A DNA stretch of 37,149 nucleotides from a virus (taxonomy: Duplodnaviria > Caudoviricetes). Of this stretch, positions 1-10,391 are shown one piece after another (the first letter of the stretch is position 1; each line of letters starts with the position of its first letter). The notes beneath the pieces were generated by a model. That model had not been told where the DNA came from, did no database searches, and saw only the letters and a list, made by a program, of their open reading frames with translations. The stretch spans positions 1 through 37,149 of IMG/VR virus record IMGVR_UViG_3300025673_000107; one strand, given 5' to 3'. Both the position numbers and the translations under genes were made by a program.

Positions 1-1450
1 TAACTTTATCTTTACCGTAAATTAATTCTTCTGCAATACGACCTCCATATAATGATTGAAGTTGTGATTCTAATTTTTCTTTTGATGCGGAATAAGAATC
101 CTTTTCTGGTAGGAACATAGTAACCCCGAGAGCTCTACCTCTCGGCATAATAGATACCTTATAAACTGGATCATGAGTTTCGGTCAATCTACCTACAATG
201 GCATGACCAGCCTCATGATATGCTGTCATTCTCTTCTCATCCTCCCCCATTATCATGGTTTTCTTTTCCACCCCCATAATGAGTTTATCTTTTGCCCTTT
301 CTAAGTCTGCCATACAGACGTTTTCTTTATTCTCTTTTGCGGCAAAAAGAGCAGCTTCATTAATGAGATTTGCCAGTTCAGCACCACTGAATCCAGTAGT
401 ACCCTGTGCAATGTATTCAAGTTTAATATCATCGGATATTGGCACCCTTCGCATATGTACTTGAAGTATTTGACCACGACCCTTGACATCAGGGAGTCCA
501 ACATTAATTTCTCTGTCAAATCTTCCGGGTCTTAATAATGCCTTATCTAGAACATCTGCTCTATTGGTTGCACCGAGTACAATGATTCCATCCGAATCAT
601 CGAACCCATCCATTTCAACTAATAATTGGTTTAGGGTTTGTTCTCTCTCATCATTACCCCCACCATGACCCGCTCCACGCTGTCTTCCTACTGCATCAAT
701 TTCATCAATGAATATAATACATGGACTAGATTTTCTTGCTTCAGAGAACATATCTCGAACTCTAGAAGCACCAACACCCACAAACATTTCTACAAAATCA
801 GAACCGCTTATTGAAAAGAACGGAACATCTGCTTCACCGGCAATAGCACGAGCAAGTAAGGTTTTACCTGTGCCTGGTGGACCAACCATCAATGCACCCT
901 TCGGTATTTTTGCACCAAGTCTTACATATTTTGGTGGGTTTCTAAGAAAATCTACCATCTCAGAAACCTCATCAAGAGCTTCTTCTACCCCTGCGACATC
1001 AGAGAAAGTAACTTTCCCACTTGATTGTTCGAGTTTCTTAGCTTTATTCTTTCCTACAAATTTACCAGCACCACCGCCACCTTGTCGTTTCATCCACCAT
1101 ATCCATACCCCTATCAATAATAAAATAGGAAACCACGAAATGAATATGCTGAGGAAAAGAGAACCTTCCTTTGGTGGATTTGCAATGACATCCACACCAT
1201 TCTTGAGGAGATCATCTACCATGTGAGGATCATTGGGAGCATATGTTATAAATTTTCCACCGTCATAATATTCCCCAACAACGGTTTTATCATCTACTAC
1301 AACTTTTTTTACAACCTTATCATTGACTAAATCTATAAATTTAGCATATGATACTTCCGATCCTATCTGCCCCTTTTTAGAATTCCCAAGGAAAGAGATA
1401 ATAACTAATCCCATAATTAGCCAAATTATTAGTCTTTTCATAAATTGCAT
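1..1450 (-). CDS. ftsH: ATP-dependent zinc metalloprotease FtsH (3' end runs off the window; missing from the ORF track)
   Basis: Hand translation from ATG 1450 (alternative ATG 1441): [22 protein letters not shown] (TM1), [20 protein letters not shown] (TM2), Walker A GPPGTGKT, pore loop [15 protein letters not shown], Walker [32 protein letters not shown], zinc motif [17 protein letters not shown]. Confidence 0.97.
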   Translation of the reverse strand, partial: MQFMKRLIIWLIMGLVIISFLGNSKKGQIGSEVSYAKFIDLVNDKVVKKVVVDDKTVVGEYYDGGKFITYAPNDPHMVDDLLKNGVDVIANPPKEGSLFLSIFISWFPILLLIGVWIWWMKRQGGGGAGKFVGKNKAKKLEQSSGKVTFSDVAGVEEALDEVSEMVDFLRNPPKYVRLGAKIPKGALMVGPPGTGKTLLARAIAGEADVPFFSISGSDFVEMFVGVGASRVRDMFSEARKSSPCIIFIDEIDAVGRQRGAGHGGGNDEREQTLNQLLVEMDGFDDSDGIIVLGATNRADVLDKALLRPGRFDREINVGLPDVKGRGQILQVHMRRVPISDDIKLEYIAQGTTGFSGAELANLINEAALFAAKENKENVCMADLERAKDKLIMGVEKKTMIMGEDEKRMTAYHEAGHAIVGRLTETHDPVYKVSIMPRGRALGVTMFLPEKDSYSASKEKLESQLQSLYGGRIAEELIYGKDKV

Positions 1451-1451
1451 C

Positions 1452-3842
1452 CTATAATTCTAATATTTCTGATTCTACGGAATGAACAACGTTGTTCATT
1501 GTCAAAATAGAATCGTAGTTAAGTGATAGCGAATCAATCCCCTGATTAACCAACCATGATGTTATTTCTGGGAAATCTGATGGTGCTTGCCCACAGATCC
1601 CAATATATTTACCATGCCTCTTGCATGATGTTATTGCCATTTCCATTAATTTGAGCACTGCTCCGTTCCTCTCGTCACATCCGTTAATATTAGACGAATC
1701 TCTATCAACCCCAAGAGTTAATTGAGTTAAGTCATTAGATCCTATAGAAAATCCATCACAGTATTCTAAGAATTCATCCGCCAATAATGCATTACTTGGA
1801 ACTTCGCACATGAATATAATTTTAATACCATGTTGACCAGATTTTATTCCGTTCTCCCCTAATAATTGTATTACATTTTTTGCTTCATTTACAGTTCTAA
1901 TAAAAGGAACCATAACTTGTATATTATTTAATCCATACTCTAGGATAACTTTTCTTATTGCAGAGCATTCCAACTCAAATGCAAGTTTAAATTCTGGGGA
2001 ATTGTATCTATATGCACCTCTAAATCCGAGCATAGGATTTTCTTCCTCTGGTTCATAGAGATCCCCGCCATAGAGGTGAGCATATTCATTAGTTTTAAAA
2101 TCGGATAATCTGAATATAACTGGTTTGGGATATACCGAAGCCGCAATGGTAGCAATACCATCTGCCAGTCTACTTCTATAAAATTCTGTTGGTCGTGAAT
2201 ACCCAATTGTTTTTTCCGTTATGTGATCATGCATCTCCTCAGATAATAGTGCATGATCTAGTATGGCGTTAGGGTGTATACCAATCCGAGAATTAATAAT
2301 AAATTCAAGTCTTGCAAGTCCAACACCATCATTAGGATACTTAGCTATTTTAAATGCCATATCTGGATTACCAAGATTAAGCATTAATTTTGTTTTTGTT
2401 TTCTGGTATGAAGAAAAGTCTATTTTCTCTGTGGTGTATGGTAGGAGTCCATCGTAAACATATCCTATTTCACCTTCAGCACAAGATATTGTTATCTCCT
2501 CATCATTTCCTATAACTGAGGTAGCATCATCACATCCCACCACGGCTGGTATACCAAGTTCTCTTGCTATAATTGCTGCGTGGCAAGTCCTACCTCCTCG
2601 ATTGGTAATAATACCAGAGGATTTTTTCATTATTGGTTCCCAATCAGGATCGGTTATATCAGTTACGAGTATATCCCCCTCATTGAATTGATTCATATCA
2701 GACACATCATTAATTATAGATGATTTTCCTGAACCAATTTTAGATCCAATGGGTTTACCTGTAGTAATTACAGAGGATGTTCGTTCTAATTTAAACACCT
2801 CATCAGAACAAGGAGAATCCACAGAATGAACAGTTTCTGGTCTAGATTGAACTATAAAGATTTCATTGGTAATACCGTCAATTGCCCACTCTATATCCAT
2901 GTGAGTCTTTTTACCATATTTCTTAGAATAATGGTCTTCAATGATTACTGCAGATTTAGCTAATGATATAACTTCCTCATCACTTAAACAAAATTCTTGC
3001 TGCAGGGATTTATCAACTTCAATATTATTCGTCCTATTAGACTCAGAATAAATCATTTTGACTAATTTGGTACCAAGCTGTCTTTGTATAATAGATTTAT
3101 ATCCATCCTTGAGAGTTGGTTTGAATACATAAAATTCATCTGGATTGACATTACCAGATACCACGTTCTCACCAAGTCCGTATGCACCGGTGATAAATAC
3201 CACATCATCAAATCCTGATTCGGTATCGAGAGTAAACATAACACCTGCGGTACCCCTATCAGATCGAACCATTTTCTGAATACCAATTGAAACTTTTACA
3301 TCCCTATGGGAATATCCATTACATATTCTATATGATATAATCCTGTCTGTAAATAATGAAGCGAATACGAGTTTACATGCATGTATAACATCAACCGCAC
3401 CAAATACATTGAGATATGTATCCAGTTGACCAGCAAATGAATTTGATAATGAATCTTCTGTAGTTGCGGAAGATCTGATAGCTACAGACCCACCAAGTTC
3501 ATGATATGCTTGAAGGATCTCGAATTCTAAACGCGGTGGCATCTCTCCATTAATAAACCATGACCTAATGGTTTTACCTATTTCTGATAATGAGTCTATA
3601 TCATCAATATCAACATTCTCTAATATATCTTCAATTTTATGTTCTAGTTGATTATGTTCAATAAAATCAGTATAACCATCTACCTTTATGGCAAATCCAT
3701 TCGGTACATTAATACCCGATTCAGTGAGTTCAGAATACATTTCCCCCAGTGAAGCATTTTTACCACCAACTATAGAAACATCTGATATACTTAATTCAGA
3801 ATATTCTCGAATATAAGATAAATTACAATCAAATGCAGGCAT
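1452..3842 (-). CDS. ppsA: Phosphoenolpyruvate synthase (pyruvate, water dikinase)
   Basis: [22 protein letters not shown], phospho-His motif [55 protein letters not shown]; full length at 796 aa. Confidence 0.97.
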   Translation of the reverse strand: MPAFDCNLSYIREYSELSISDVSIVGGKNASLGEMYSELTESGINVPNGFAIKVDGYTDFIEHNQLEHKIEDILENVDIDDIDSLSEIGKTIRSWFINGEMPPRLEFEILQAYHELGGSVAIRSSATTEDSLSNSFAGQLDTYLNVFGAVDVIHACKLVFASLFTDRIISYRICNGYSHRDVKVSIGIQKMVRSDRGTAGVMFTLDTESGFDDVVFITGAYGLGENVVSGNVNPDEFYVFKPTLKDGYKSIIQRQLGTKLVKMIYSESNRTNNIEVDKSLQQEFCLSDEEVISLAKSAVIIEDHYSKKYGKKTHMDIEWAIDGITNEIFIVQSRPETVHSVDSPCSDEVFKLERTSSVITTGKPIGSKIGSGKSSIINDVSDMNQFNEGDILVTDITDPDWEPIMKKSSGIITNRGGRTCHAAIIARELGIPAVVGCDDATSVIGNDEEITISCAEGEIGYVYDGLLPYTTEKIDFSSYQKTKTKLMLNLGNPDMAFKIAKYPNDGVGLARLEFIINSRIGIHPNAILDHALLSEEMHDHITEKTIGYSRPTEFYRSRLADGIATIAASVYPKPVIFRLSDFKTNEYAHLYGGDLYEPEEENPMLGFRGAYRYNSPEFKLAFELECSAIRKVILEYGLNNIQVMVPFIRTVNEAKNVIQLLGENGIKSGQHGIKIIFMCEVPSNALLADEFLEYCDGFSIGSNDLTQLTLGVDRDSSNINGCDERNGAVLKLMEMAITSCKRHGKYIGICGQAPSDFPEITSWLVNQGIDSLSLNYDSILTMNNVVHSVESEILEL

Positions 3843-3857
3843 TATATTCTCCGATTA

Positions 3858-4316
3858 TTACATACGAATTTCGAAATGTGGTGCGTCAATGAAAGGTCTT
3901 CGACCCTGATTTCTACGAAGATCTATATATGATGTCATTAGGGATTCCATTGGAGCATTCCATGCTCTGATATCGTTGAGGTGCCATGCTGCACCCCATC
4001 TAAGTGGTATACCGACTTCAATTGCAGATTCTTTCATAGCCTCTGCAATATCATCATAGACCTTTAGTTCCCAAGAAACCTGTGACCCAATATAAGCTAC
4101 AAGATCAACTGCTTTCCCCGTAAGGTGATTTGATTTCATAGTTTTTGATGCACCTTTATTAAAAAGTTCTTCTTGCCTAGCAAGAGACCGAACCCCCTCA
4201 GATACACCAAAATCAATTTTAGTTAATGTGATAGCTCTATGAACACACGATGCCAGCTGTTCATCAACGCCTTCTAATCTACCTAAACTTCTTGACGATA
4301 ATCTAAAATTTGACAT
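3858..4316 (-). CDS. M15-family (L-Ala-D-Glu type) peptidoglycan peptidase / endolysin
   Basis: FRLSSRSLGRLEGVD, EGVRSLARQ, zinc motif SNHLTGKAVD, RWGAAW and C-terminal FIDAPHFE, typical of T5-like phage endolysins. Confidence 0.88.
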   Translation of the reverse strand: MSNFRLSSRSLGRLEGVDEQLASCVHRAITLTKIDFGVSEGVRSLARQEELFNKGASKTMKSNHLTGKAVDLVAYIGSQVSWELKVYDDIAEAMKESAIEVGIPLRWGAAWHLNDIRAWNAPMESLMTSYIDLRRNQGRRPFIDAPHFEIRM

Positions 4317-4325
4317 AATATTCCT

Positions 4326-5603
4326 CTAAAATTGTTCCTCTTCGGTTGAGCCATCCATAGCAGTAGTAGATGATTTCCCACCTTGTATAGTATTGGTAAT
4401 TAAATCAAAATATCCAGCACCAACTTCCTCTTGATGTCTTGCAAATGTATATCCATCTTTAAGAGATGCGAATTCTGGTTCTTGAACTCCCTCAACATAA
4501 GCAGTCATACCCCTCTCAACATAATCCTTCGATAACTCAAACATAGAATGCCACATATCATGAATACCAGCAAGGGTAATGAATTGCCATTTAAATCCCA
4601 TCTCACCTAGGCGTTTCTGATAATGTGCTATGGTTTCATCATCTAAATTCTTTTTCCAATTGAATGATGGTGAACAGTTGTAAGCAAGCAACTTGCCAGG
4701 ATATTGCTGATGTATTGCAGTTGCAAATTTCTGTGCTTCGTCAAGATTAGGTACAGCAGTTTCACACCAGAGCATATCAGCATACTGTGCATATGCCAAT
4801 CCTCTTGAAATGGCTTGATCGATTCCAGATTTAACTCTATAGAATCCTTCCTCAGTACGCTCACCTGTAACAAATTCCTTATCACGAACATCTATATCGG
4901 AGGTTAATAGGGTTGCTGCATTAGCATCGGTTCTAGCTACGATAATAGTTGGTACACCCATAACATCTGATGCTAATCTTGCGGATACCAGTTTTTGGAT
5001 TGCTTCCTGAGTTGGAACCAACACTTTACCACCCATGTGACCACATTTTTTGGCAGATGATAATTGATCTTCGAGATGTATACCACTTACACCATTCTCG
5101 ATCATTGATTTGGTAAGTTCATAGGAATTAAGAACTCCACCAAACCCAGCCTCGGCATCAGCAATAATAGGAGCAAAATAATCTACTTCCTTCGATCCCT
5201 TTGCCCATTGAATTTCATCTGCTCGACGAAACGTATTATTGATACGCTTAACCATCTGTGGTACTGAATTATATGCGTAGAGCGATTGGTCTGGATACAT
5301 AGTTTCGCTGGAATTACCATCCGCTGCTACTTGCCATCCTGATAAATATATAACTTTAATTCCAGCCTTGACCTGTTGCATTGCCTGACCGGCAGTTATA
5401 GCCCCCATAGAATTAACATATCCATCTTCGTTAATTAAATCCCAAAGTTTTTCAGATCCCAGAGAAGCCATAGTATACTCTTCATCCATCGAACCTCTCA
5501 ATCTAATAACATCTTCAGCCGAATAGGGTCTGGAGATACCATTCCATCGTTCATTCTCTCTCCAATCCTTTTCTAAAGTTCTCACTCTACCCAAATTTTC
5601 CAT
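4326..5603 (-). CDS. aceA: Isocitrate lyase (short-type ICL)
   Basis: [30 protein letters not shown], catalytic loop [60 protein letters not shown]-terminal STEEEQF. Confidence 0.98.
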   Translation of the reverse strand: MENLGRVRTLEKDWRENERWNGISRPYSAEDVIRLRGSMDEEYTMASLGSEKLWDLINEDGYVNSMGAITAGQAMQQVKAGIKVIYLSGWQVAADGNSSETMYPDQSLYAYNSVPQMVKRINNTFRRADEIQWAKGSKEVDYFAPIIADAEAGFGGVLNSYELTKSMIENGVSGIHLEDQLSSAKKCGHMGGKVLVPTQEAIQKLVSARLASDVMGVPTIIVARTDANAATLLTSDIDVRDKEFVTGERTEEGFYRVKSGIDQAISRGLAYAQYADMLWCETAVPNLDEAQKFATAIHQQYPGKLLAYNCSPSFNWKKNLDDETIAHYQKRLGEMGFKWQFITLAGIHDMWHSMFELSKDYVERGMTAYVEGVQEPEFASLKDGYTFARHQEEVGAGYFDLITNTIQGGKSSTTAMDGSTEEEQF

Positions 5604-5630
5604 ATGTATTTTTTGACCTCGTAATTGTAA

Positions 5631-5735
5631 TTAATTTGCTAAATTTAATATTAACCATACTCCAACGAATATGATTAGTGGTATTGTCATTGTCATAACC
5701 CCCGCAATAAGGGATTTTTTAATCGCACTCTTCAT
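5631..5735 (-). CDS. Small single-pass membrane protein (34 aa)
   Basis: Hand translation MKSAIKKSLIAGVMTMTIPLIIFVGVWLILNLAN*; basic N-terminus then a hydrophobic helix; fills the gap upstream of aceA. Confidence 0.55.
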   Translation of the reverse strand: MKSAIKKSLIAGVMTMTIPLIIFVGVWLILNLAN

Positions 5736-5874
5736 TCTTTTTATTTTTCCTCTTTTCTATCTGTTCTTCTTTATTTTTCATTGAAAAGAAGATATTATCC
5801 CAATTATCTCTAAATTTTTTATTTGTTATTTTTGACTGAAGCTTATCCCCAGTTATATCATTCTTTGCCGTCAT
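5719..5874 (-). CDS. Small conserved phage hypothetical protein
   Basis: MTAKNDITGDKLQSK...FRDNWDNIF resembles a small protein family I recall from T4-like phages. ATG 5874 is preferred over 5910. Confidence 0.6.
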   Translation of the reverse strand: MTAKNDITGDKLQSKITNKKFRDNWDNIFFSMKNKEEQIEKRKNKKNEECD

Positions 5875-5938
5875 ACCCTTCCCGTTTATAATTCCATCAT
5901 GCAAATGCATTTCCCAATCTCATAATTATATATGTCAC

Positions 5939-6133
5939 CTATAAAACTCCCTTTAATATTGTAGCATTTCCTTCGATAACCTCAACGGTATTATCTTGAA
6001 TGAAGGTGTATTTCTCGTCCATTTTATAACCGCATTTCTTGTAATCACTCCAAGAAATACACTCGATTTTACCAGAAAGTTTACCATCCTCATTCATTAA
6101 AGGAACTGATAACATTCCAGATTTAGGGATCAT
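5939..6133 (-). CDS. Hypothetical protein
   Basis: 64-aa ORF with ATGA overlap to the upstream gene and a GAGGA ribosome-binding site. Confidence 0.6.
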   Translation of the reverse strand: MIPKSGMLSVPLMNEDGKLSGKIECISWSDYKKCGYKMDEKYTFIQDNTVEVIEGNATILKGVL

Positions 6134-6372
6134 ATTTCCTCAACCTTTCTTTTCAATTTATCACGCTTTCTTTTAAGAGATTTAATTTCCTGTTTTAATT
6201 TTTTCACTTCATCCAAATAATTATTACGATCCGATATGTCCCCGCACTTGGCCTCCATACGATTACCAATGCTCTGTAGTTCCTCTAGTAATCCCATAAC
6301 AATTGAAAAGTTTCGTGTTTTATAACAAGCTCGCATTTCATCTATCACGGTACAAAAATATCTATTTGTCAT
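6130..6372 (-). CDS. Hypothetical protein with C-terminal coiled coil
   Basis: 80 aa, strong AAGGAGG RBS, heptad-like Lys/Glu-rich C-terminus. Confidence 0.7.
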   Translation of the reverse strand: MTNRYFCTVIDEMRACYKTRNFSIVMGLLEELQSIGNRMEAKCGDISDRNNYLDEVKKLKQEIKSLKRKRDKLKRKVEEI

Positions 6373-6390
6373 GTAAATCCTCCTTTATAA

Positions 6391-8520
6391 TTAGGCTACC
6401 AATCTAGCAAACTCTTGAGCAATTAGCTTGTTCATTTTCTTATTCTTTTGGAACTTTTTGAAATCCCGTTTAATTGTTGTAAGTCTTTTTTTATCAATAA
6501 CATCACCCTTTGCTTCAGTTGAAAATTCTTCCTCCTCTGCATTGAGTCTCTTATCGTGAACTACGATATAATGATCATAACCAGCATTGTTGCTTGAGAC
6601 TGAATAACCACTTTTATCAACATCAATTCTTTTTGAAGTTAAGAAGAATCCAATCAAATTATATTTCTGACGAATTCTTTCGAATATTTTATTATTAATG
6701 ATCTTTGGCATGTAACTATAATAATCAGGATAAGGAATTTCTATATTGGGATGACCCTCAACAGAAACGATAAAGGTTTTAGCTTTAGCTGATCCAAATC
6801 TAGAAGTATTATCAGAGGAAGTAACTCTCACATCTTGTGCATCACCATCAGTTAAAAAGATAACATTGAGTTTATCAACTCTATTTTTTTTGAGAAAATC
6901 ATCAATCATAAGAAGAGAAACTGCCGAGGTTTCAACGAGCGGTGTACCTCCAAGTCTAAATGCAGGCTCTATCGCCCATCTATGACGGGACCATTTATTA
7001 TCATTATGATCATATGGTTTATGAGGAGCAGAAGTAATAACAGATGAAAACATAACTCTCTCAAACATTTTATTTAATTTGGGGGTTGACCATTTAGAGT
7101 CTCCGATCTTAACCAAATTAACTGCCCAATTGTGAGTATCATATTTAGATTTATTATCTTCTCCTCTCCAGGATCTATATTTTTCACTGTTAGTTGTAAA
7201 AGAATATAGTTCAAAAGGAATATTAATTCTTTTAGCAAACATCGATAATATAATCGATTGTTTAACAGTTTCGTGGAGTCTGATAGCCATAGAAGCTGAA
7301 AAATCAATGTACATAATGAGACCGTGATTTTTAGAATCTGGCATATTTAGAACGGTTTTAAAAATACGATCGTCTAATTTATATTTCCAGAGTTTATTAA
7401 CGTCAATTGAACCTGAAGTGGATTCTTTAATTTTTCTAGATTCCATTGCAGATTTACGAAGTTCAAATTGTTGAACCATCGCATTAACTGCTGGTTTAAT
7501 ATCCGAAATAAATTCTTTATATTCTGAGGAATATTCATTTCGAAGTCCTGTATATTCTTCGGAATAATCTTTCATAACATATTCTAAAGATTTTTCAAAA
7601 TCCTTCTCTGAATATAACCATTCTTCCTTTAATTGTTTTTTAGTAAATTTAATTTGGGTTATTTCGGAGTCAGAATGGGTTAATTTGCTTTCATTGTTTC
7701 TGAAATTTTGATCGGTAACAGAATCATAGAGATTGTTATCTCCGGTGAGAGCTTCATCTTCCGCTTCATAGTCATCGGGTGGGATATCATCATCTCTCTG
7801 TTGAACCATTTGATTTTCTTCAGAATCTTCTCCTTCTTCACTTTCTTCTGAATCCGAATCTTCTCCTTCTTCACTTTCTTCTGAATCCCCTTCTTCTGAA
7901 CCAGAATCTTCTCCTTCTTCATTTTCAGATTCTGAATCCTCTGAGTATTCCTCTTTTTTAGATTCCTCATCTTCTTTTGAGATGAAGTCCATTAACTCTC
8001 GAGAAACTGAAATAGTATCATCAAAAGTTTGAATTTCAAAAACCTTTGCCATCATAACAGATTCAGCGAAAGAAAATTCAAGGTCAATTGAATTATTCAA
8101 TTTAGCTTTAAGATTAAGTCTATCAAGGAAACTGAGTTTATTTGGATCGACATCTTTAATTCCGAAGAAGTTATCCGCCATAAGACGTTTGTAACCTCTA
8201 ACGAAATCATTAATTAATCCCGGATAAAATTCTCGAATCATTCGTTCAATACGAACATCTTCGACAATATTCAAAATAGAATGAGGAATATCAACAATTT
8301 TGGGAAATGCCTCTGAATCGTGAGAGAAAATATCGGGGGTATAAAGAGCATGACCAACCTCATGCCCAATAAAGAGGGGATAAGCGTCAGAATATTCTTC
8401 CTTCAATATAGGTAATCTAAGTATTCGGTTCGCTGGATCAAAGGAGGCGGTTTTGAAGTTTCCCTCAATTACCTCCAAATCCTCCCGAGCCATTAACTTA
8501 GAAAGTAACGATTTATTCAT
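6391..8520 (-). CDS. CobT-like protein: N-terminal HExxH metallopeptidase-like domain, acidic linker, C-terminal VWA domain
   Basis: TASFD...RILRLP, GHEVGHALYT, NIVEDVRIE, Glu/Asp/Ser-rich linker, MIDAS-like IDFSAS, LGGTPL, IFLTDG. This architecture is common in marine T4-like phages. Confidence 0.85.
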   Translation of the reverse strand: MNKSLLSKLMAREDLEVIEGNFKTASFDPANRILRLPILKEEYSDAYPLFIGHEVGHALYTPDIFSHDSEAFPKIVDIPHSILNIVEDVRIERMIREFYPGLINDFVRGYKRLMADNFFGIKDVDPNKLSFLDRLNLKAKLNNSIDLEFSFAESVMMAKVFEIQTFDDTISVSRELMDFISKEDEESKKEEYSEDSESENEEGEDSGSEEGDSEESEEGEDSDSEESEEGEDSEENQMVQQRDDDIPPDDYEAEDEALTGDNNLYDSVTDQNFRNNESKLTHSDSEITQIKFTKKQLKEEWLYSEKDFEKSLEYVMKDYSEEYTGLRNEYSSEYKEFISDIKPAVNAMVQQFELRKSAMESRKIKESTSGSIDVNKLWKYKLDDRIFKTVLNMPDSKNHGLIMYIDFSASMAIRLHETVKQSIILSMFAKRINIPFELYSFTTNSEKYRSWRGEDNKSKYDTHNWAVNLVKIGDSKWSTPKLNKMFERVMFSSVITSAPHKPYDHNDNKWSRHRWAIEPAFRLGGTPLVETSAVSLLMIDDFLKKNRVDKLNVIFLTDGDAQDVRVTSSDNTSRFGSAKAKTFIVSVEGHPNIEIPYPDYYSYMPKIINNKIFERIRQKYNLIGFFLTSKRIDVDKSGYSVSSNNAGYDHYIVVHDKRLNAEEEEFSTEAKGDVIDKKRLTTIKRDFKKFQKNKKMNKLIAQEFARLVA
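7823..7888. repeat. 33-bp perfect tandem duplication in the acidic linker of the CobT-like gene
   Basis: GAATCTTCTCCTTCTTCACTTTCTTCTGAATCC at 7823-7855 and 7856-7888, with a partial third copy near 7904. It encodes DSEESEEGEDS units. Confidence 0.9.
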
Positions 8521-8554
8521 AATATATATACACCTTTTATCAATTTATACACAT

Positions 8555-8584
8555 ATTATACCACAATAGTACAGAGAAGTAAAC
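8555..8584 (-). promoter_or_regulatory. T4-like early (sigma70) promoter upstream of the CobT-like gene
   Basis: Minus strand reads GTTTAC-ttctctgtactattgtgg-TATAAT with an extended TGTGG -10 and A-tracts upstream, matching the T4 early promoter consensus. Confidence 0.8.
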
Positions 8585-8611
8585 AATTATTTCAATTTAT
8601 TTTCATTTATT

Positions 8612-8767
8612 TCACCTTTGATGCTGTATTTTTGTCATACCCACTAATTTAAACCATCTTAGACAATGCGGACATCTAATTTTAGAGAGGGAATAAAATC
8701 TAACAAAAGATCCGGGTTTACCCTCATCACACGGACATTTAAACTCTGCTATATCAATTTCTTTCAT
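8612..8767 (-). CDS. Small zinc-ribbon-like protein (51 aa)
   Basis: Hand translation MKEIDIAEFKCPCDEGKPGSFVRFYSLSKIRCPHCLRWFKLVGMTKIQHQR*; CPC and CPHC motifs. Confidence 0.55.
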   Translation of the reverse strand: MKEIDIAEFKCPCDEGKPGSFVRFYSLSKIRCPHCLRWFKLVGMTKIQHQR

Positions 8768-9170
8768 TGCCAAGAGCTAACACTAGGTAATGAATAGCCT
8801 TGAGAAGATCCTTTTTATTTTTACCATCTTTTCTCCCGTATCGCATGAGATATTTAATAGTGGTATCAATACAAGAATCTGTCATAGACCCACGTGCCTT
8901 CCATACATCTAGGGTTTGAACCTCATTATTTTGGTTGGTGTAATGCTCAGAATATGTCGATTCAATATATTCTTTGATTTCTGTTAGTGTTGACAGCTCA
9001 GAATAATTATACTTAAACTTAGGGTCAGATCCATACATTCTCACGTATTCAGAATCTGTTTTAAAGTCTATTTCTGGTTTATACAGTTCATTCTCGACCC
9101 AATCATCTCTAACCCCTTTCCAATCAATCACTGTATCATCTGGGATGTTTAATTTATGATCTGAAGCCAT
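8754..9170 (-). CDS. DUF3310-like phage protein (family often annotated as nucleotide kinase)
   Basis: YIESTYSEHY...QTLD...IKYLMRYGRKDGKNKKDLLKAIHY pattern. ATG 9170 overlaps the upstream TAA (TAATG) and is preferred over 9194. Confidence 0.72.
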   Translation of the reverse strand: MASDHKLNIPDDTVIDWKGVRDDWVENELYKPEIDFKTDSEYVRMYGSDPKFKYNYSELSTLTEIKEYIESTYSEHYTNQNNEVQTLDVWKARGSMTDSCIDTTIKYLMRYGRKDGKNKKDLLKAIHYLVLALGNERN

Positions 9171-9307
9171 TATAATACCACATTCCTCACCCATTTAGCT
9201 GTGGGATGTCGTTTTTTAGTATAGGTTCCATGCCCAGTTTGTTTTGCTAGAGGTTTACCCCTAGCAGTCATTGCATTACTCTTGAATGGTTTATATCGTT
9301 TACTCAT
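9170..9307 (-). CDS. Small basic protein (45 aa)
   Basis: Hand translation MSKRYKPFKSNAMTARGKPLAKQTGHGTYTKKRHPTAKWVRNVVL*; GAGGTG RBS; exactly fills the gap between mcl and the DUF3310-like gene. Confidence 0.65.
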   Translation of the reverse strand: MSKRYKPFKSNAMTARGKPLAKQTGHGTYTKKRHPTAKWVRNVVL

Positions 9308-9315
9308 AATTCACC

Positions 9316-10278
9316 TCACTCTTCGTATTTGTTTGCTCTAGAATTAATAATATTAATTGTTTCTAATATATTCTTTGCCATTTTCTCTGATGCAACATCT
9401 ATCATTTTACCGTCAAGAGATGCAGCACCTTGCCCTGCTTTAGATGCTTTATATAATGCATCAAGTATTCTTTCTGCTGTGGTAACTTCTTCTTTCGATG
9501 GTGTAAATACTTCATTTGCAAGTGGTATTTGTGATGGATGAATTGCCCACTTACCAGTACATCCTAGAGCTGCGGCACGTTTAGCGGCAAGTACATATCC
9601 CTCTGTATCCTTAATATCACCGTATGGACCATCTACGGGTCTGAGACCGTATGCCCTACATGCAACCACCATTCTAGATAATGCGGAATGCCATTGATCG
9701 CCGGGATAATTCTCATTGAGTCCACCGATATTGGTGGTCCTTGCTCGAGTAGATGCAGCATAATCAGCAACACCAAAATGCATGGATTCTAATCTAGAAT
9801 TAACACTCTTCCTTGCAATCTCATCAACATTAGACATACCAAGAGCGGTTTCTATTAAGCACTCTAACTGAATGTGCTGATAGAGATCGTGTTTTATTTC
9901 GAGGGTATTAATAATACATTCAACCATGTATATATCATCAAATACACCTACCTTTGGTATTAATATAGTATCTAATTTTTCCCCGCAATGTTCAACCAAC
10001 TGTATTACATCATCTAACCAATAACCAGTTTCGAGTCCGTTGATACGAACACATATAGTTTTGTTTGCACCTTTCCAATCTAGATTATTAACACCATCGA
10101 TCACATTTAGACGAGCCTGTATCTTATCTGGTGTTGCAACAGAATCTTCCAAATCTAGGAATACAAAATCTGCATCGGAATTTAATGCTTTCTCAAACAT
10201 CTTAGGGTTAGATCCGGGTACTGTTAAATCACATCGCTGAAGTCTTGATATTGTTGGTTCGTATACTGTATAACTCAT
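9316..10278 (-). CDS. mcl: Malyl-CoA lyase (CitE/HpcH superfamily, serine-cycle MclA type)
   Basis: RLQRCDLTVPGSNPKMFEKA, FLDLEDSVA, VRINGLET, ILIPKVG, LIETALGM, HFGVADYAASTRARTTNIGG, PGDQWH, VACRAYGLRPVDGPYGD, GKWAIHPSQI, LDGKMID. Confidence 0.88.
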   Translation of the reverse strand: MSYTVYEPTISRLQRCDLTVPGSNPKMFEKALNSDADFVFLDLEDSVATPDKIQARLNVIDGVNNLDWKGANKTICVRINGLETGYWLDDVIQLVEHCGEKLDTILIPKVGVFDDIYMVECIINTLEIKHDLYQHIQLECLIETALGMSNVDEIARKSVNSRLESMHFGVADYAASTRARTTNIGGLNENYPGDQWHSALSRMVVACRAYGLRPVDGPYGDIKDTEGYVLAAKRAAALGCTGKWAIHPSQIPLANEVFTPSKEEVTTAERILDALYKASKAGQGAASLDGKMIDVASEKMAKNILETINIINSRANKYEE

Positions 10279-10286
10279 AATTTTCC

Positions 10287-10391
10287 TTATTCAATTATAT
10301 TAATAATAATGTGGATTAATTCTATAACTCCAAGAGATAATATGTATATTATCATTGCCGAAGCTATTAATACTGTTATAATATCCCTCAA
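10287..10391 (-). CDS. Possible small membrane peptide (34 aa)
   Basis: TTG start overlapping the prs stop (TTGA); MRDIITVLIASAMIIYILSLGVIELIHIIINIIE*; fills the prs-mcl gap. Confidence 0.4.
   Translation of the reverse strand: MRDIITVLIASAMIIYILSLGVIELIHIIINIIE

Noticed and set aside
255-1226. Plus-strand ORFs 255-464, 483-668 and 708-1226, and minus-strand 301-519
   Set aside because: Shadows of ftsH, which occupies another minus-strand frame and was missed by the track because its stop lies outside the window.
9170-9307. Possible ribosomal protein L33 (TG..YTKK resemblance)
   Set aside because: Lacks the conserved L33 C-terminal pattern; kept as a hypothetical basic protein.
9316-10278. 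Citrate lyase beta subunit (citE) or malate synthase
   Set aside because: Length and motifs fit malyl-CoA lyase better, and there are no citD/citF genes.
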